NCBI GenBank assembly: GCA_047150005.1
Contig: AP038806.1
Span: forward strand, 1,984,001-2,048,000
Reading direction: 5' to 3'
From: Nitrospira sp.
Lineage (GTDB): Bacteria; Nitrospirota; Nitrospiria; Nitrospirales; Nitrospiraceae
Length of the DNA stretch: 64,000 bases
In this document: positions 47,269-57,127 of the stretch, in pieces
Layout: each line of letters begins with the position of its first letter
Position numbering within the stretch: position 1 is the stretch's first letter
Program-made: the position numbers and the translations under genes
The notes under the pieces: generated by a model
Databases searched by the model: none
What the model saw: the letters and a program-made list of their open reading frames with translations, nothing else
What the model was told of the DNA's origin: nothing

Positions 47269-49920
47269 ATGGAACGGCCGCTGGTTCTTCCCCTTGCCGC
47301 CTGTACGGATTCCGCGTTGGCAGGGGGCAAGGCCCGGGGTTTGGCTCGGCTGATCGAGGCCGGCATTCGTGTTCCGTCCGGACTGTGCGCCACCACCGCC
47401 CTCTACCGGGAGTTCCTCGGACAAACCGGTCTCACCTCGGATGTCGAGCTGCTGCTCGCAGGCCGGCTGTCCGGCGACGATCGGCCGCCGGTTGTTGACC
47501 ATCTGCCGCACCTGCGATCTCGTCTTCTGCAGGCTCCCTGGCCGAAAGATCTGCGCCTTCGGCTTGAGATGGCCCTCCACGATCTCGGGTTTGACGAGGC
47601 CACGTTGTGGGCGGTGCGATCCTCGGCGACAAACGAAGACGCGAGGCAGGCGAGCTTCGCGGGCCTGTATCGGACGCATCTCGGAGTCCGGTTTCCCGGC
47701 ATCCTCGCCGCGGTTCAGGATCTCTGGTCTTCCCTATGGGATGAACGGGTTCTGTCCTACTACTGTAAGAGCGCGCCTCATTCGTCGCCTCCGGAAATGG
47801 CCGTCGTCATCCAGCCGATGCTCGATGCGGAGGCAGCCGGCGTGGCCTATTCGATCGATCCCGTGACCGGTGAAAGCCATATCGTGGTCAATGCCCTGCC
47901 CGGCTTGGGGGCTCCTCTGGTCGATGGAACGGCGATGCCCGATCACTATGTCGTCCGCGTCGATTCTCCGCAAGCCGTCGGCGTCACGGTTATCACACGC
48001 GACATTGCGGCCAAGCGCTTGGCCTTGCGGGTGGGGCCGGACGGAATGCGGCTTGAACCGCTGTCGCTTGATGCCGGGACCGCTTCGTCGATTTCCGACC
48101 ATCAATTGATCGAACTCGCCGGGGTAACCAAACGGATCGAAACGCTGTTCGGGCATCCCGTCGATGTCGAATGGGCCATCGATCGGCAGGGACTGTGGCT
48201 TGTCCAGGCCAGGCCCGTGACGTCCCTCGTCCGGTCCGAGCAATGGTCTGCCGGTGAGTGGGCTGGTGAATGGGAATGGTCACGGGCCAACCTTAAGGAA
48301 ACGATGCCGGAGGTGCCTAGTCCGATCGGACTCTCGTTTCTTGAGCGGTTCATGGATGCCTACATCATCGGCCACTACCGCCGTTTGGGGTGCCGGATTC
48401 CGGAAGGGAGGGCCTCCGTCCGGACGTACTACGGACGTCCCTACCTCAACCTAACGCTCTTCCACAGTCTGATCGCCCAATTAGGGGGTGATCCCTCATT
48501 GAACGCTGAGCAGATGGGCGGAGAGGCTGTCGCGGTCGTTCCGTCCGAGCCGATGCTCGGGTTTCTCGCGCGGTTGCGAGCCGGCTGGCTGATGTGGCGC
48601 GAAATGAAGCGAGTCGCTTCCGATGCTCCCCGCTACTTTGCGGACTTGAAGCAACAAGCTTCGCGCTATCAGCCGGACCGGATCCGGGACTGGGATCCAG
48701 CGGCTCTTGATCGGCATCTGGAAAATCTCGGCCGCTGGCTAGACCGTCACGAAATGACCTTCGGGATCGTACTCGGCGTCGGGCAATGTCTGCAGACCTT
48801 CAGTACGCTCTTGCCGGGATGGCTCGGCGAGGATTGGCGAGGTCTGCTCAATTCGGCGTTGCAGGGAGAAGGCACGGTCATTAGTGCTCAGCAAATCCAT
48901 CGGGTGGCGGAATTGGTAGATGCGGCGCGGCAGGATGAGGCGCTGTCCCATGGGCTCCTGACCGAGAAGTGGGATGTGGCGACGCTCCGACGTCGTGCCC
49001 GGCCGGCGCCGTTTCTTGCGTTGTTTGATCGGTACCTGGAGGAGTTCGGTCATCGCGGGACGGGAGAGTCCGACGTCATGTCTCCGCGGTTTGCCGACCG
49101 GCCCTGGATCGTGCTCGACGTGGTGCGGGTCCAACTGAGCGGTCCTGTCGTTCGACCGGAGGACATCGTCGCTCGGCAGCGCGCGACGCGTGCCGCTGCC
49201 CTGGCGACGATCCGCGCACGGCTGGGCTGGAGGCTGGATCGGCTGGCGGTGTTTCTCTGGTGCTATCGGCGACTCTGTCGATTCCTCTCTCTGCGCGAAG
49301 CCAACCGCCATCATCTCATGTACTATTCGACGGCGGTCAGAAACTTGTTGTTGCGGTTCGGCGCCTGTCTGGCGGCGCGCGGGATGTTTGATGCCCCCGA
49401 TGACGTGTTTTACCTCACATTGGAAGAACGGGGCTCGGTACTTTCGGCCGTCGAACGCGACTGGAAAGAGGCCGTGCGCATGCGCAAAGCGGAACGGGCA
49501 CGGTGGTTGGCGATGCAGGTGCCTGATACGATCCGCAGCGGCGAGGCCAAGATCGGCCGCCGGGACGGGGTCATCGGGTCAGCCGACGGTTGCGTGCGAG
49601 GAACTCCGATCAGCACGGGCACGGCCACGGGATCTGTCTGTCTGGTGCGATCGACGGCTGATTGGTCCAAGGTCCGACCCGGAGATATCATCGTGGTGCC
49701 GGTCATCGATCCCGGGATGGCACCGCTGTTCGGCATTGCGGCAGGACTCGTGGCCGAAATGGGCGGTACGTTGTCGCATGGAGCGATCATCGCACGCGAG
49801 TACGGATTGTCCGCGGTCGCCAACATCCCCGGCGTCATGAGTCTGCTGAAGGATGGTCAACGGGTAACGGTGGATGGCGGTTCAGGAGACGTGCAAATAG
49901 CATCGATCGCGGGAAGCTGA
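47269..49920 (+). CDS. PEP-utilising phosphotransferase with rifampin-phosphotransferase-like architecture
   Basis: GGKA, AVRSSATNED..SFAG, VVIQPM, DVEWA..QARP (ATP-grasp); central helical domain; C-terminal GGTLSHGAIIAREYG His-swivel domain. Confidence 0.85.
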   Translation: MERPLVLPLAACTDSALAGGKARGLARLIEAGIRVPSGLCATTALYREFLGQTGLTSDVELLLAGRLSGDDRPPVVDHLPHLRSRLLQAPWPKDLRLRLEMALHDLGFDEATLWAVRSSATNEDARQASFAGLYRTHLGVRFPGILAAVQDLWSSLWDERVLSYYCKSAPHSSPPEMAVVIQPMLDAEAAGVAYSIDPVTGESHIVVNALPGLGAPLVDGTAMPDHYVVRVDSPQAVGVTVITRDIAAKRLALRVGPDGMRLEPLSLDAGTASSISDHQLIELAGVTKRIETLFGHPVDVEWAIDRQGLWLVQARPVTSLVRSEQWSAGEWAGEWEWSRANLKETMPEVPSPIGLSFLERFMDAYIIGHYRRLGCRIPEGRASVRTYYGRPYLNLTLFHSLIAQLGGDPSLNAEQMGGEAVAVVPSEPMLGFLARLRAGWLMWREMKRVASDAPRYFADLKQQASRYQPDRIRDWDPAALDRHLENLGRWLDRHEMTFGIVLGVGQCLQTFSTLLPGWLGEDWRGLLNSALQGEGTVISAQQIHRVAELVDAARQDEALSHGLLTEKWDVATLRRRARPAPFLALFDRYLEEFGHRGTGESDVMSPRFADRPWIVLDVVRVQLSGPVVRPEDIVARQRATRAAALATIRARLGWRLDRLAVFLWCYRRLCRFLSLREANRHHLMYYSTAVRNLLLRFGACLAARGMFDAPDDVFYLTLEERGSVLSAVERDWKEAVRMRKAERARWLAMQVPDTIRSGEAKIGRRDGVIGSADGCVRGTPISTGTATGSVCLVRSTADWSKVRPGDIIVVPVIDPGMAPLFGIAAGLVAEMGGTLSHGAIIAREYGLSAVANIPGVMSLLKDGQRVTVDGGSGDVQIASIAGS

Positions 49921-49976
49921 TGATTGCAACGGACACATTCTAGAGCCAAATGGCTCTAATCGTACGTTTTACGCGC

Positions 49977-50005
49977 TTGACCTTTTATTCGAATTTACGT
50001 ACGCT
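49977..50005 (+). promoter_or_regulatory. sigma70-like promoter of rmuC
   Basis: TTGACC-17 bp-TACGCT in an AT-rich patch. Confidence 0.4.
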
Positions 50006-50088
50006 CCGAATTAATACCTCTTCTTCATCATCACAACGCCCAACTCGTCGTCGGATGTTGCTCGTTATGATCCTGCGGGTCACGATCG

Positions 50089-51477
50089 ATGATTGAGAGC
50101 ACCGCCTTCAGCCTGGGCCTTCTCGCCGGAACCGTTCTTGGAGCTGTGGTCGTCGGGTTGTCGGTTGCGGTCTGGCTGCGTTCCGCCTTCCATGGACAGC
50201 TCACCTCAGCGGGTGAACGCGCTCGGCACGCCGAAACCCTTTCGGAGGAGCTGCGCCGGCAGCTCGAGACCGAACAGGACGCGCACGTTCGGCTCCGGCA
50301 GGAACTCCAGGACATGTCTCGCTCCTGCGCCGTGGCGGAGACACGCGCCGCCGAGGTGACCAAACATACCGAGGAACAGAGGATCCTGCTTTCCCAGGCG
50401 CGTCAGGAATTGGCGGAATCCTTCCGGGCGCTGTCCGGCGAAGCGCTCAAACACAATAACGAAGCGTTCCTGAGTCTCGCCAGGGCGACCTACGAGACGC
50501 TTCAGACGGAGGCCAAGGGCGAACTGGCACAACGACAGCAGGCCATCGACGAACTGGTCAGGCCGTTGACGGAATCCCTGCATCGATACGATGAACAGCT
50601 GCGCGCGCTGGAGCTGTCTCGTCAGGCCGCGTACGGGGGCTTGGATCAACATTTGAAATTGCTTGCGGAATCCCAGCAGCGATTAAGAGAAGAGACGGGA
50701 AATCTTGTGAGCGCGCTGCGTGTGCCGGTCGTGCGGGGCCGGTGGGGGGAAATCACGCTTAAGCGTGTGGTGGAATTGGCCGGGATGGTGGCTCATTGCG
50801 ATTTCACCGAACAGGAATCGGTGACCGTGGAAGACGGACGGCTTCGTCCCGATATGATCGTTCAGCTTCCAGGGGGGCGGCAGATCGTCGTCGATGCCAA
50901 GGCCGCGTTGAGCGGATATCTGGACGCGTACGAGGCCTCCGGCGAGGACCAGCGGCGTGAGGGGCTTCGGCGGCACGCCGCCCAGGTACGCGCCCATTTG
51001 AATCAGTTGAGTCTCAAGGCCTATTGGAGCCAGTTCGCGCAGGCGCCGGAATTTGTCGTACTCTTTCTGCCCGGCGAGCAGTTCCTGGGGGCGGCCCTCG
51101 AGCAGGATCCGGGACTTATCGAGGACGGGTTCTCGCAAGGCGTGGTGTTGGCGACTCCGACGACGCTGATGGCGCTGCTGAGAGCGGTCGCCTATGGCTG
51201 GCGCCAGGAGCGGCTCACCGCGCACGCCGAAGAAGCGGGACGGCTCGGCAAGGACCTCTATGAGCGAATGGCCGTGCTGGCCGAGCATCTGAACGACGTC
51301 GGCCAGGCATTGGGTCGGGGCGTGACGGCCTATAACAAGGCGGTCGGCTCGCTGGAAACGAGGATCCTGCCCGCGGCGCGGCGGTTCAAGGAGCTGGGGG
51401 TTGCGTCGGACAAGGATATCCCTCTGCTGGGGCCCATGGAAGTCGTCCCGCGCCGGACCTTGCCGCTTGATGAATAA
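50089..51477 (+). CDS. rmuC: DNA recombination protein RmuC
   Basis: TM plus coiled coil, RGRWGE, RPD..VDAK, EFVVLFLP, TPTTL. Confidence 0.93.
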   Translation: MIESTAFSLGLLAGTVLGAVVVGLSVAVWLRSAFHGQLTSAGERARHAETLSEELRRQLETEQDAHVRLRQELQDMSRSCAVAETRAAEVTKHTEEQRILLSQARQELAESFRALSGEALKHNNEAFLSLARATYETLQTEAKGELAQRQQAIDELVRPLTESLHRYDEQLRALELSRQAAYGGLDQHLKLLAESQQRLREETGNLVSALRVPVVRGRWGEITLKRVVELAGMVAHCDFTEQESVTVEDGRLRPDMIVQLPGGRQIVVDAKAALSGYLDAYEASGEDQRREGLRRHAAQVRAHLNQLSLKAYWSQFAQAPEFVVLFLPGEQFLGAALEQDPGLIEDGFSQGVVLATPTTLMALLRAVAYGWRQERLTAHAEEAGRLGKDLYERMAVLAEHLNDVGQALGRGVTAYNKAVGSLETRILPAARRFKELGVASDKDIPLLGPMEVVPRRTLPLDE

Positions 51478-51877
51478 GGACGAACGCATGCACGACGCAC
51501 AAGCCATGGTGGAAGCGTTTCATCGCCTGTTCGACATCGTCACCAATCCGGTGCCCACAGCGGTCGGTGACGACACACGACAGTTGCGTATCCGCCTGAT
51601 CCAGGAAGAGTTCAATGAGTTGCGGGAGGCGCTGGAAAGCGACGATCTGACGGCGGTCGCCAAGGAGTTGGCGGATCTGTTGTACGTGGTCTACGGCACC
51701 GCCGTGTCGTACGGCATCGACATGGATCCGGTGTTTCGCGAAGTCCACCGGTCGAACATGAGCAAGGTTGGGGGCCACAAGCGAGAAGATGGAAAGTGGA
51801 TCAAGCCGTCTACCTATTCGCCCGCCCTCATCGGTCCGATCTTGGAGGACCTCAGAGCGGAGGGGAAACTGCAATAA
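51470..51877 (+). CDS. MazG-like / PRA-PH-like nucleotide pyrophosphohydrolase
   Basis: LIQEEFNEL, KELADLLYVVYG, VHRSNMSK; alternative start at 51488. Confidence 0.85.
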   Translation: MNKDERMHDAQAMVEAFHRLFDIVTNPVPTAVGDDTRQLRIRLIQEEFNELREALESDDLTAVAKELADLLYVVYGTAVSYGIDMDPVFREVHRSNMSKVGGHKREDGKWIKPSTYSPALIGPILEDLRAEGKLQ

Positions 51878-51904
51878 CTGCGCAATGACTGCCGAGGAGG
51901 CCGG

Positions 51905-52420
51905 TTGACCGGGATGAAGTCTCTGCGCTGCCCAAATTGCGGCACACCGTTTGTTCGGGTCACTTTGCAGGAAGGAGCGGTCGAGCGTCTACTCAGCCGC
52001 TTCAACATGCTTCCCTTCCGATGCCAGCTGTGTACGAACCGGTTCCGCGCATTCTCTCCGGGCACACGGCCAAACACGCAGGCATTTGATCGCCGAGAAT
52101 TCAAGCGCCTCTCCGCATCCATCGACGCGCAGGTTCTTGACGAAAGGCAGTCGGCATTCGTCAACCGCATTACCGACATTTCAATGGCCGGATGCACGCT
52201 TGTGGGAACCGGATTGGCCAAGGGTGCGTTCGTGGAATTGGTGCTGAAGCCGACATCCGAGGACGACGAGATCAGAATCGAAACGGCGATGGTCTGCTCG
52301 GTCCACCCCGAGTCGGTGGGGCTGCGGTTCCTCGAGGTCGATCAGATCGACAAGCAGCGTTTGAGCCAGGTCGTGCTCGGGCTGTTGGTCAGTCAGACCA
52401 ATCCGATGATGAACGTGTAA
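51905..52420 (+). CDS. zinc-ribbon plus PilZ domain protein
   Basis: CPNC..CQLC, RREFKR, DISMAG; GGAGG RBS. Confidence 0.82.
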   Translation: MTGMKSLRCPNCGTPFVRVTLQEGAVERLLSRFNMLPFRCQLCTNRFRAFSPGTRPNTQAFDRREFKRLSASIDAQVLDERQSAFVNRITDISMAGCTLVGTGLAKGAFVELVLKPTSEDDEIRIETAMVCSVHPESVGLRFLEVDQIDKQRLSQVVLGLLVSQTNPMMNV

Positions 52421-53312
52421 CGCGTGTCACACGGATCCGTGAGTGCTTCCGGTTCGGTCTTGCCGGCGGCACCGCGACCGTGACGTTATCGATCAGCCTG
52501 ACCAGGCCGATCCGCGCCGCGCCTAAGAGGACGGCCGAACCGGCGACCGTCGTGAGGGTGTCGAGGGACCCGGCATCGCAGACCGCCAGATACTCCGGCC
52601 GAACGGTCCGGTCTTCCGCCATCACCTGTCTCATGATGCGTTCAATGCGCCGGCCGTCTCGCACTCCGTTTAGGATGGCCTGACGCCCGGCCGATAATGC
52701 CCGGTACAGGACCGGCGCGCGGCGGCGATGATCCGGAGACAGATAGATGTTGCGGGAACTCATGGCCAATCCGTCAGGTTCTCGCACCGTGGGATGGACC
52801 TTGAGATCAATGGCCAAGTTTAGGTCGGCAATGAGTCGACGTACGAGCGCCGCCTGCTGGAAGTCTTTCTGGCCGAAGACCGTGTGATGGGGACGGACGA
52901 TGCTGAACAGTTTTACCAGGACCGTGGCGACCCCCTCGAAGTGGTGCGGGCGAGCCGCCCCCTCCCAGCGCCCGGCCAGCTTCGGCACCATGACCGAGCT
53001 TTGGAACCCGTTCGGATACATGTCCGAGGCAGTCGGTTCGAAACAGACATCCACTCCCTCCGTTCGGCATAACCGATGGTCTCGGGTGATTGGACGAGGA
53101 TAGCGCGACAGGTCTTCTTGCGGCCCGAACTGGGTCGGATTCACGAAAATGCTCACGACCAGAGCATCGCACCGCAACCTCGCGGCGCGGAGCAAGGCTC
53201 GGTGCCCGTCATGGAGCGCCCCCATCGTGGGGACGAATCCGATCGTCACCCCCTCTCGGCGAAGGCGATCGCTCCACAGGGTCATCGCATGGGGAGAACG
53301 GATGATCTTCAT
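52389..53312 (-). CDS. panC: pantoate--beta-alanine ligase
   Basis: VPTMGALHDGH, FVNPTQF, FGQKDFQQ, DGLAMSSRN, RLIDN. Confidence 0.96.
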   Translation of the reverse strand: MKIIRSPHAMTLWSDRLRREGVTIGFVPTMGALHDGHRALLRAARLRCDALVVSIFVNPTQFGPQEDLSRYPRPITRDHRLCRTEGVDVCFEPTASDMYPNGFQSSVMVPKLAGRWEGAARPHHFEGVATVLVKLFSIVRPHHTVFGQKDFQQAALVRRLIADLNLAIDLKVHPTVREPDGLAMSSRNIYLSPDHRRRAPVLYRALSAGRQAILNGVRDGRRIERIMRQVMAEDRTVRPEYLAVCDAGSLDTLTTVAGSAVLLGAARIGLVRLIDNVTVAVPPARPNRKHSRIRVTRVTRSSSDWSD

Positions 53313-53863
53313 GAGCCTGGAGGGGGACTGCACGAGGGGCGCGACCCGTATCGGGTGGACGGCTGAGGAAACAGCAGGCGGACCTCGGACGAATCAGTGA
53401 CGTCGGCCAGCAGCCGGCTGACGGTCCGTCCCATCGTCGGATGGACGAGAAGCGGGTCCAACTCGTTCAGGGGCATCAATACGAACCGCCGCTGGTGAAG
53501 CCGCGGATGGGGGACCGTCAAGCCGGGTTCGTCGATGATGCGGTCGCCGTAGAACAGCAGATCGAGATCAATGGTGCGGGGACCGGCGCGGTCCTTCTCA
53601 TCGCGCCCGAGCGATCGTTCGATTTCCCGGAGGATGGAGAGCAGACTTTGCGGCGTGATCTCCGTTTCGAGCTGCACGACTCCGTTCAAGAACCAGCCCT
53701 CTCCGGGATTCGCGCCGTCGCAGACCGGCTCCGTTTCATACAGGAGGGACACGCCGGATACACCGCTGTGCGGCAACAAACTCAACAAGGTCACGGCGCG
53801 GTCGCAAAAGTCGACCCGGTCTCCGACATTGGACCCGAAGCCGATGTAGACCGTTTCGCTCAT
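53309..53863 (-). CDS. folK: 2-amino-4-hydroxy-6-hydroxymethyldihydropteridine diphosphokinase
   Basis: IGFGSNVGD, FLNGV, GPRTIDLDLL, VPHPRLHQRRFVL. Confidence 0.96.
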   Translation of the reverse strand: MSETVYIGFGSNVGDRVDFCDRAVTLLSLLPHSGVSGVSLLYETEPVCDGANPGEGWFLNGVVQLETEITPQSLLSILREIERSLGRDEKDRAGPRTIDLDLLFYGDRIIDEPGLTVPHPRLHQRRFVLMPLNELDPLLVHPTMGRTVSRLLADVTDSSEVRLLFPQPSTRYGSRPSCSPPPGS

Positions 53864-53871
53864 TCAAACAG

Positions 53872-53937
53872 TTTTGAGCTTGTAGTTGTGAATTGTGAGT
53901 TTCATGAAACGCACCACTCAAGACGCACCACTTACAA
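53872..53937. repeat. inverted heptamer-repeat element
   Basis: TTTTGAG CTTGTAG TTGTGAA TTGTGAG - TTTCATGAAA - CGCACCA CTCAAGA CGCACCA CTTACAA. Confidence 0.55.
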
Positions 53938-55101
53938 CTTTTTCATCCGTTCCACCGCCTCCGCCAACCGTTCTTTCGACGTGCAGACGGTCATTCGGAT
54001 ATAGCCTTCTCCTGGTGCCCCGAAACCGTTGCCCGGTGTCGTGACGATGCCGGCCTTCTCCAGCAGATGGGCCGTGAACGACGCCGAGGTGTAACCCTTC
54101 GGCACCGCCACCCAGACGTAAAAAGCGGCCGGCGGCGGATTGACCTCAAGCCCGAGCGCTTGAAGACCGGGAACCAAGGTGTCCCGCCGCTCCTGATAGA
54201 TCTTCCTGAGCGAGTCGGTCACGGAATCGTCCAATCCCAAGGCCGTGATGCCGGCCGCCTGCACGGCCTCGAATACGCCCGAATCCAGATTGCTCTTCAC
54301 CTTCCCGAGCCCGGCCAACACATCCTTGTTGCCGACCGCAAACCCGATTCGCCAGCCGGTCATGTTATAGGTCTTCGAGAGCGAGTGAAACTCCACGCCC
54401 ACATCCTTCGCCCCGTCGACCTCGAGGAAGCTCGAGGGCCGTTTCTCGTCGTAGAAGATCTCCGAGTAGGCCGCGTCATGACAGACGATGACGCGGTGTT
54501 CCTGCGCAAACTCGACGACGCGCTTGAAATAGTCTTTGGTCATGATGACGGAGGTGGGATTGTTCGGGCTGTTCAGCCACATCAGCTTTGCTTTCTTGGC
54601 GACATCCTTCGGGATCGCGTTCAGATCCGGCAGGAAGCCGTTGGCTTTCGTCAAGGGCATGATGTGTGAAACGCCGCCTGAGAAACTGGTCCCCACCGGA
54701 TAGACCGGATAGCCCGGGCTTGGTACCAAGACCACATCGCCGGGATCGACGAAGGCGAGGTGGATGTGTCCGATCCCTTCTTTGGAACCGATCAGGGTGA
54801 GGACTTCATTGGCCGGATCGAGTGAAACAGTGAAGCGCCGCTTGTACCAATCCGCGACGGCCTTCCGAAAGGCCAGCATGCCCTCGTAGGAAGGATATTG
54901 GTGGTGCTTCGGATTCTTGGCGGTCTGCGCGAGACTGTCGATAATGGGACCGGGCGTCGGCAGGTCCGGGTCGCCGATACCGAGATTGATGATGTCTACG
55001 CCGCGCGCGATCGCCTCTTGTTTCATTTTATCGATCGCGGCAAAGAGGTACGGGGGGAGTGTTTTGATACGATTGGCGACTTCGATCGGGAAACCGGCCA
55101 T
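53932..55101 (-). CDS. dapL: LL-diaminopimelate aminotransferase
   Basis: LPPYLFA, LGIGDPD, GSKEG, SPNNPT, HDAAY, SLSKTYNMTGWRIG, PGNGFG. Confidence 0.85.
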   Translation of the reverse strand: MAGFPIEVANRIKTLPPYLFAAIDKMKQEAIARGVDIINLGIGDPDLPTPGPIIDSLAQTAKNPKHHQYPSYEGMLAFRKAVADWYKRRFTVSLDPANEVLTLIGSKEGIGHIHLAFVDPGDVVLVPSPGYPVYPVGTSFSGGVSHIMPLTKANGFLPDLNAIPKDVAKKAKLMWLNSPNNPTSVIMTKDYFKRVVEFAQEHRVIVCHDAAYSEIFYDEKRPSSFLEVDGAKDVGVEFHSLSKTYNMTGWRIGFAVGNKDVLAGLGKVKSNLDSGVFEAVQAAGITALGLDDSVTDSLRKIYQERRDTLVPGLQALGLEVNPPPAAFYVWVAVPKGYTSASFTAHLLEKAGIVTTPGNGFGAPGEGYIRMTVCTSKERLAEAVERMKKL

Positions 55102-55181
55102 TGCTGATGCTCTCCTTTTTTACGGGCCAGAGGTCACAGGCGAAAATGAACCCCTAGACTACTAGAGGAATGATCCGGCAA

Positions 55182-55871
55182 TCAACGTGCAGAACGGAGC
55201 AATGAGCCGATCAGACTATCCGCAAACCGGTGCAGGGTGGGAAGGTGCGGCATCGCCGCGGCCGTGACCTGCTGGGCCACCATGCCGGCCCGAATCAGAT
55301 CCGAGGCGCACTCGCGACACAGCGAATCGATTCCTGCCTGTTCCATCTCCAGATGAAACAGGAGCCCATAGCCGAGGGATCCGTATCGAAAGGCCTGGAG
55401 GGGGGCGAGATCAGAGCCCGCCAACGGTGTACAGCCGTTCGGAAGGTCGAAGACCTCTCCATGCCACTCGAAGACCTCGAACGAGTCCGGCAGGGTCCTA
55501 AAGACAGGGTCAGACTTGGCTTCAGGCGTGAGTCGAATAGGCGTCATGCCGACTTCCAATGCCTTGCCCGGCCGGACCGTCGCTCCGAGCGCCTTGGCCA
55601 TGAACTGACTTCCCAGGCAGACGCCGACCACCGGCTTGCCGGAAAGAAGCGCCCTTCGAATGAAGGCGGTTTCCTCTGCAATCCAGGGATCGGAATCATT
55701 GACCGACATCGGTCCACCCATCACGATCAGCAGATCGCCGGAATCCTTCGGCAGACCATCTTGGGGCACAAGATGGCGTTCCAGGTTCACGCCTCGCGTG
55801 GCGAGGGATTTTTCAAAGGCGCCCGGGCCTTCAAACGGGACATGCTGCAAGCACACAACACGCATTGACAC
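55182..55871 (-). CDS. class I glutamine amidotransferase
   Basis: QHVPFEGPG, MGGPMS, GVCLGSQ, WHGE, FHLE. Confidence 0.9.
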   Translation of the reverse strand: MSMRVVCLQHVPFEGPGAFEKSLATRGVNLERHLVPQDGLPKDSGDLLIVMGGPMSVNDSDPWIAEETAFIRRALLSGKPVVGVCLGSQFMAKALGATVRPGKALEVGMTPIRLTPEAKSDPVFRTLPDSFEVFEWHGEVFDLPNGCTPLAGSDLAPLQAFRYGSLGYGLLFHLEMEQAGIDSLCRECASDLIRAGMVAQQVTAAAMPHLPTLHRFADSLIGSLLRSAR

Positions 55872-55983
55872 CTCCAGACAATCGAATTAGGCTCTCTGCC
55901 GAATGAGGAATGTCATGGTTCAGGTGGTGACGCCAACGTAGAGAGAGTCTCTTCACGTAGAATTATGGTCTGTCCCCTGGTTT

Positions 55984-56499
55984 ATGGGCGATGTGAGGTG
56001 GGTCTTGCAAGAGCACGATCTGGAGTGGTTGGTTCGCAATCGTTCGATGATCCAAGGCCTTTTGCTCGAACTCTGGAAGGAATTTCCGGAAGCGCCCTCG
56101 GCCGGCTCGAAACCCGGTACGGTCCTCCAATTGCTGGTCGGCGCGACGTTTTCTCTCTGGCGCGCGGCCTTTCTCGCCGAGAGTCCCCGTGATTGGCAGG
56201 AACATGCCAGCCATGCGAAGAAATTTCTGAGCATCGTCGTCAAAGATAATGCCATTACCTATTCACAAGAACGCGAAGCCCGTTTTTGGACTGTAGGATA
56301 CTACTTGAACAATGCATTTCTGCGATTAGAAATGGCCTATCGGGCGCTCGACCATCACACGGCCTTAAGAGAAGAAGTGACGGATTTCCTGAAGCAGCAA
56401 ATGGTTCTGGCTGAATTCTCAACGGATCCGAGAAAACCATGGGACTTGGCGCATAGCGTGGCTCGCGAACTGTTAAAAGAAGCCCGTCAGCGCTGGTAG
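55984..56499 (+). CDS. hypothetical helical protein
   Basis: 171-aa ORF directly upstream of the macrodomain gene. Confidence 0.65.
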   Translation: MGDVRWVLQEHDLEWLVRNRSMIQGLLLELWKEFPEAPSAGSKPGTVLQLLVGATFSLWRAAFLAESPRDWQEHASHAKKFLSIVVKDNAITYSQEREARFWTVGYYLNNAFLRLEMAYRALDHHTALREEVTDFLKQQMVLAEFSTDPRKPWDLAHSVARELLKEARQRW

Positions 56500-56524
56500 A
56501 CAACAAGCCGACACCTATCTTTTC

Positions 56525-57043
56525 ATGTTTGCAAGACTTCGCGCCGTTCAGGCCGATATCACGACATTGTCGGTCGATGCGATCGTGAATGCCGCCAACT
56601 CGACATTACTCGGCGGTGGAGGAGTGGATGGCGCAATCCATCGTGCGGCCGGCCCTGAGTTATTGACTGAGTGCCGGCTTCTAGGCGGTTGCCGGACGGG
56701 TGATGCGAAACTGACGAAAGGCCACCGCCTACCGGCCCGCTACATCATCCATACTGTCGGACCGGTCTGGCGCGGTGGAACGGATGGTGAGCCAGCTCTA
56801 CTGAGGTCCTGCTATCGTCGTTCACTTGAGATTGCGGCAGCGAATGGGATTGCCAGCCTAGCCTTTCCGAGCATCAGCACCGGCGTCTACGGATACCCCA
56901 TCGAGTTGGCGGCTGAGGCGGTTACCATCACGGTCCGAGCCACCCTCTCGGAATTCGTCTCAATTCGTGAAGTGGTCTTCTGCTGCTTTTCCGCCGATGA
57001 TGTGGCGGTGTACGAAAAGCATCTCCATGCGCACGTTCTCTGA
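56525..57043 (+). CDS. macrodomain O-acetyl-ADP-ribose deacetylase (YmdB-like)
   Basis: [39 protein letters not shown]. Confidence 0.93.
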   Translation: MFARLRAVQADITTLSVDAIVNAANSTLLGGGGVDGAIHRAAGPELLTECRLLGGCRTGDAKLTKGHRLPARYIIHTVGPVWRGGTDGEPALLRSCYRRSLEIAAANGIASLAFPSISTGVYGYPIELAAEAVTITVRATLSEFVSIREVVFCCFSADDVAVYEKHLHAHVL

Positions 57044-57127
57044 GCCTCACCTGCGTGGTCATGCGTTTCGGCAGGATGAAAGTCGAACCGGAGCCTTCTC
57101 TGAGCTGCTCAATGGAGGGCCCAGCCA

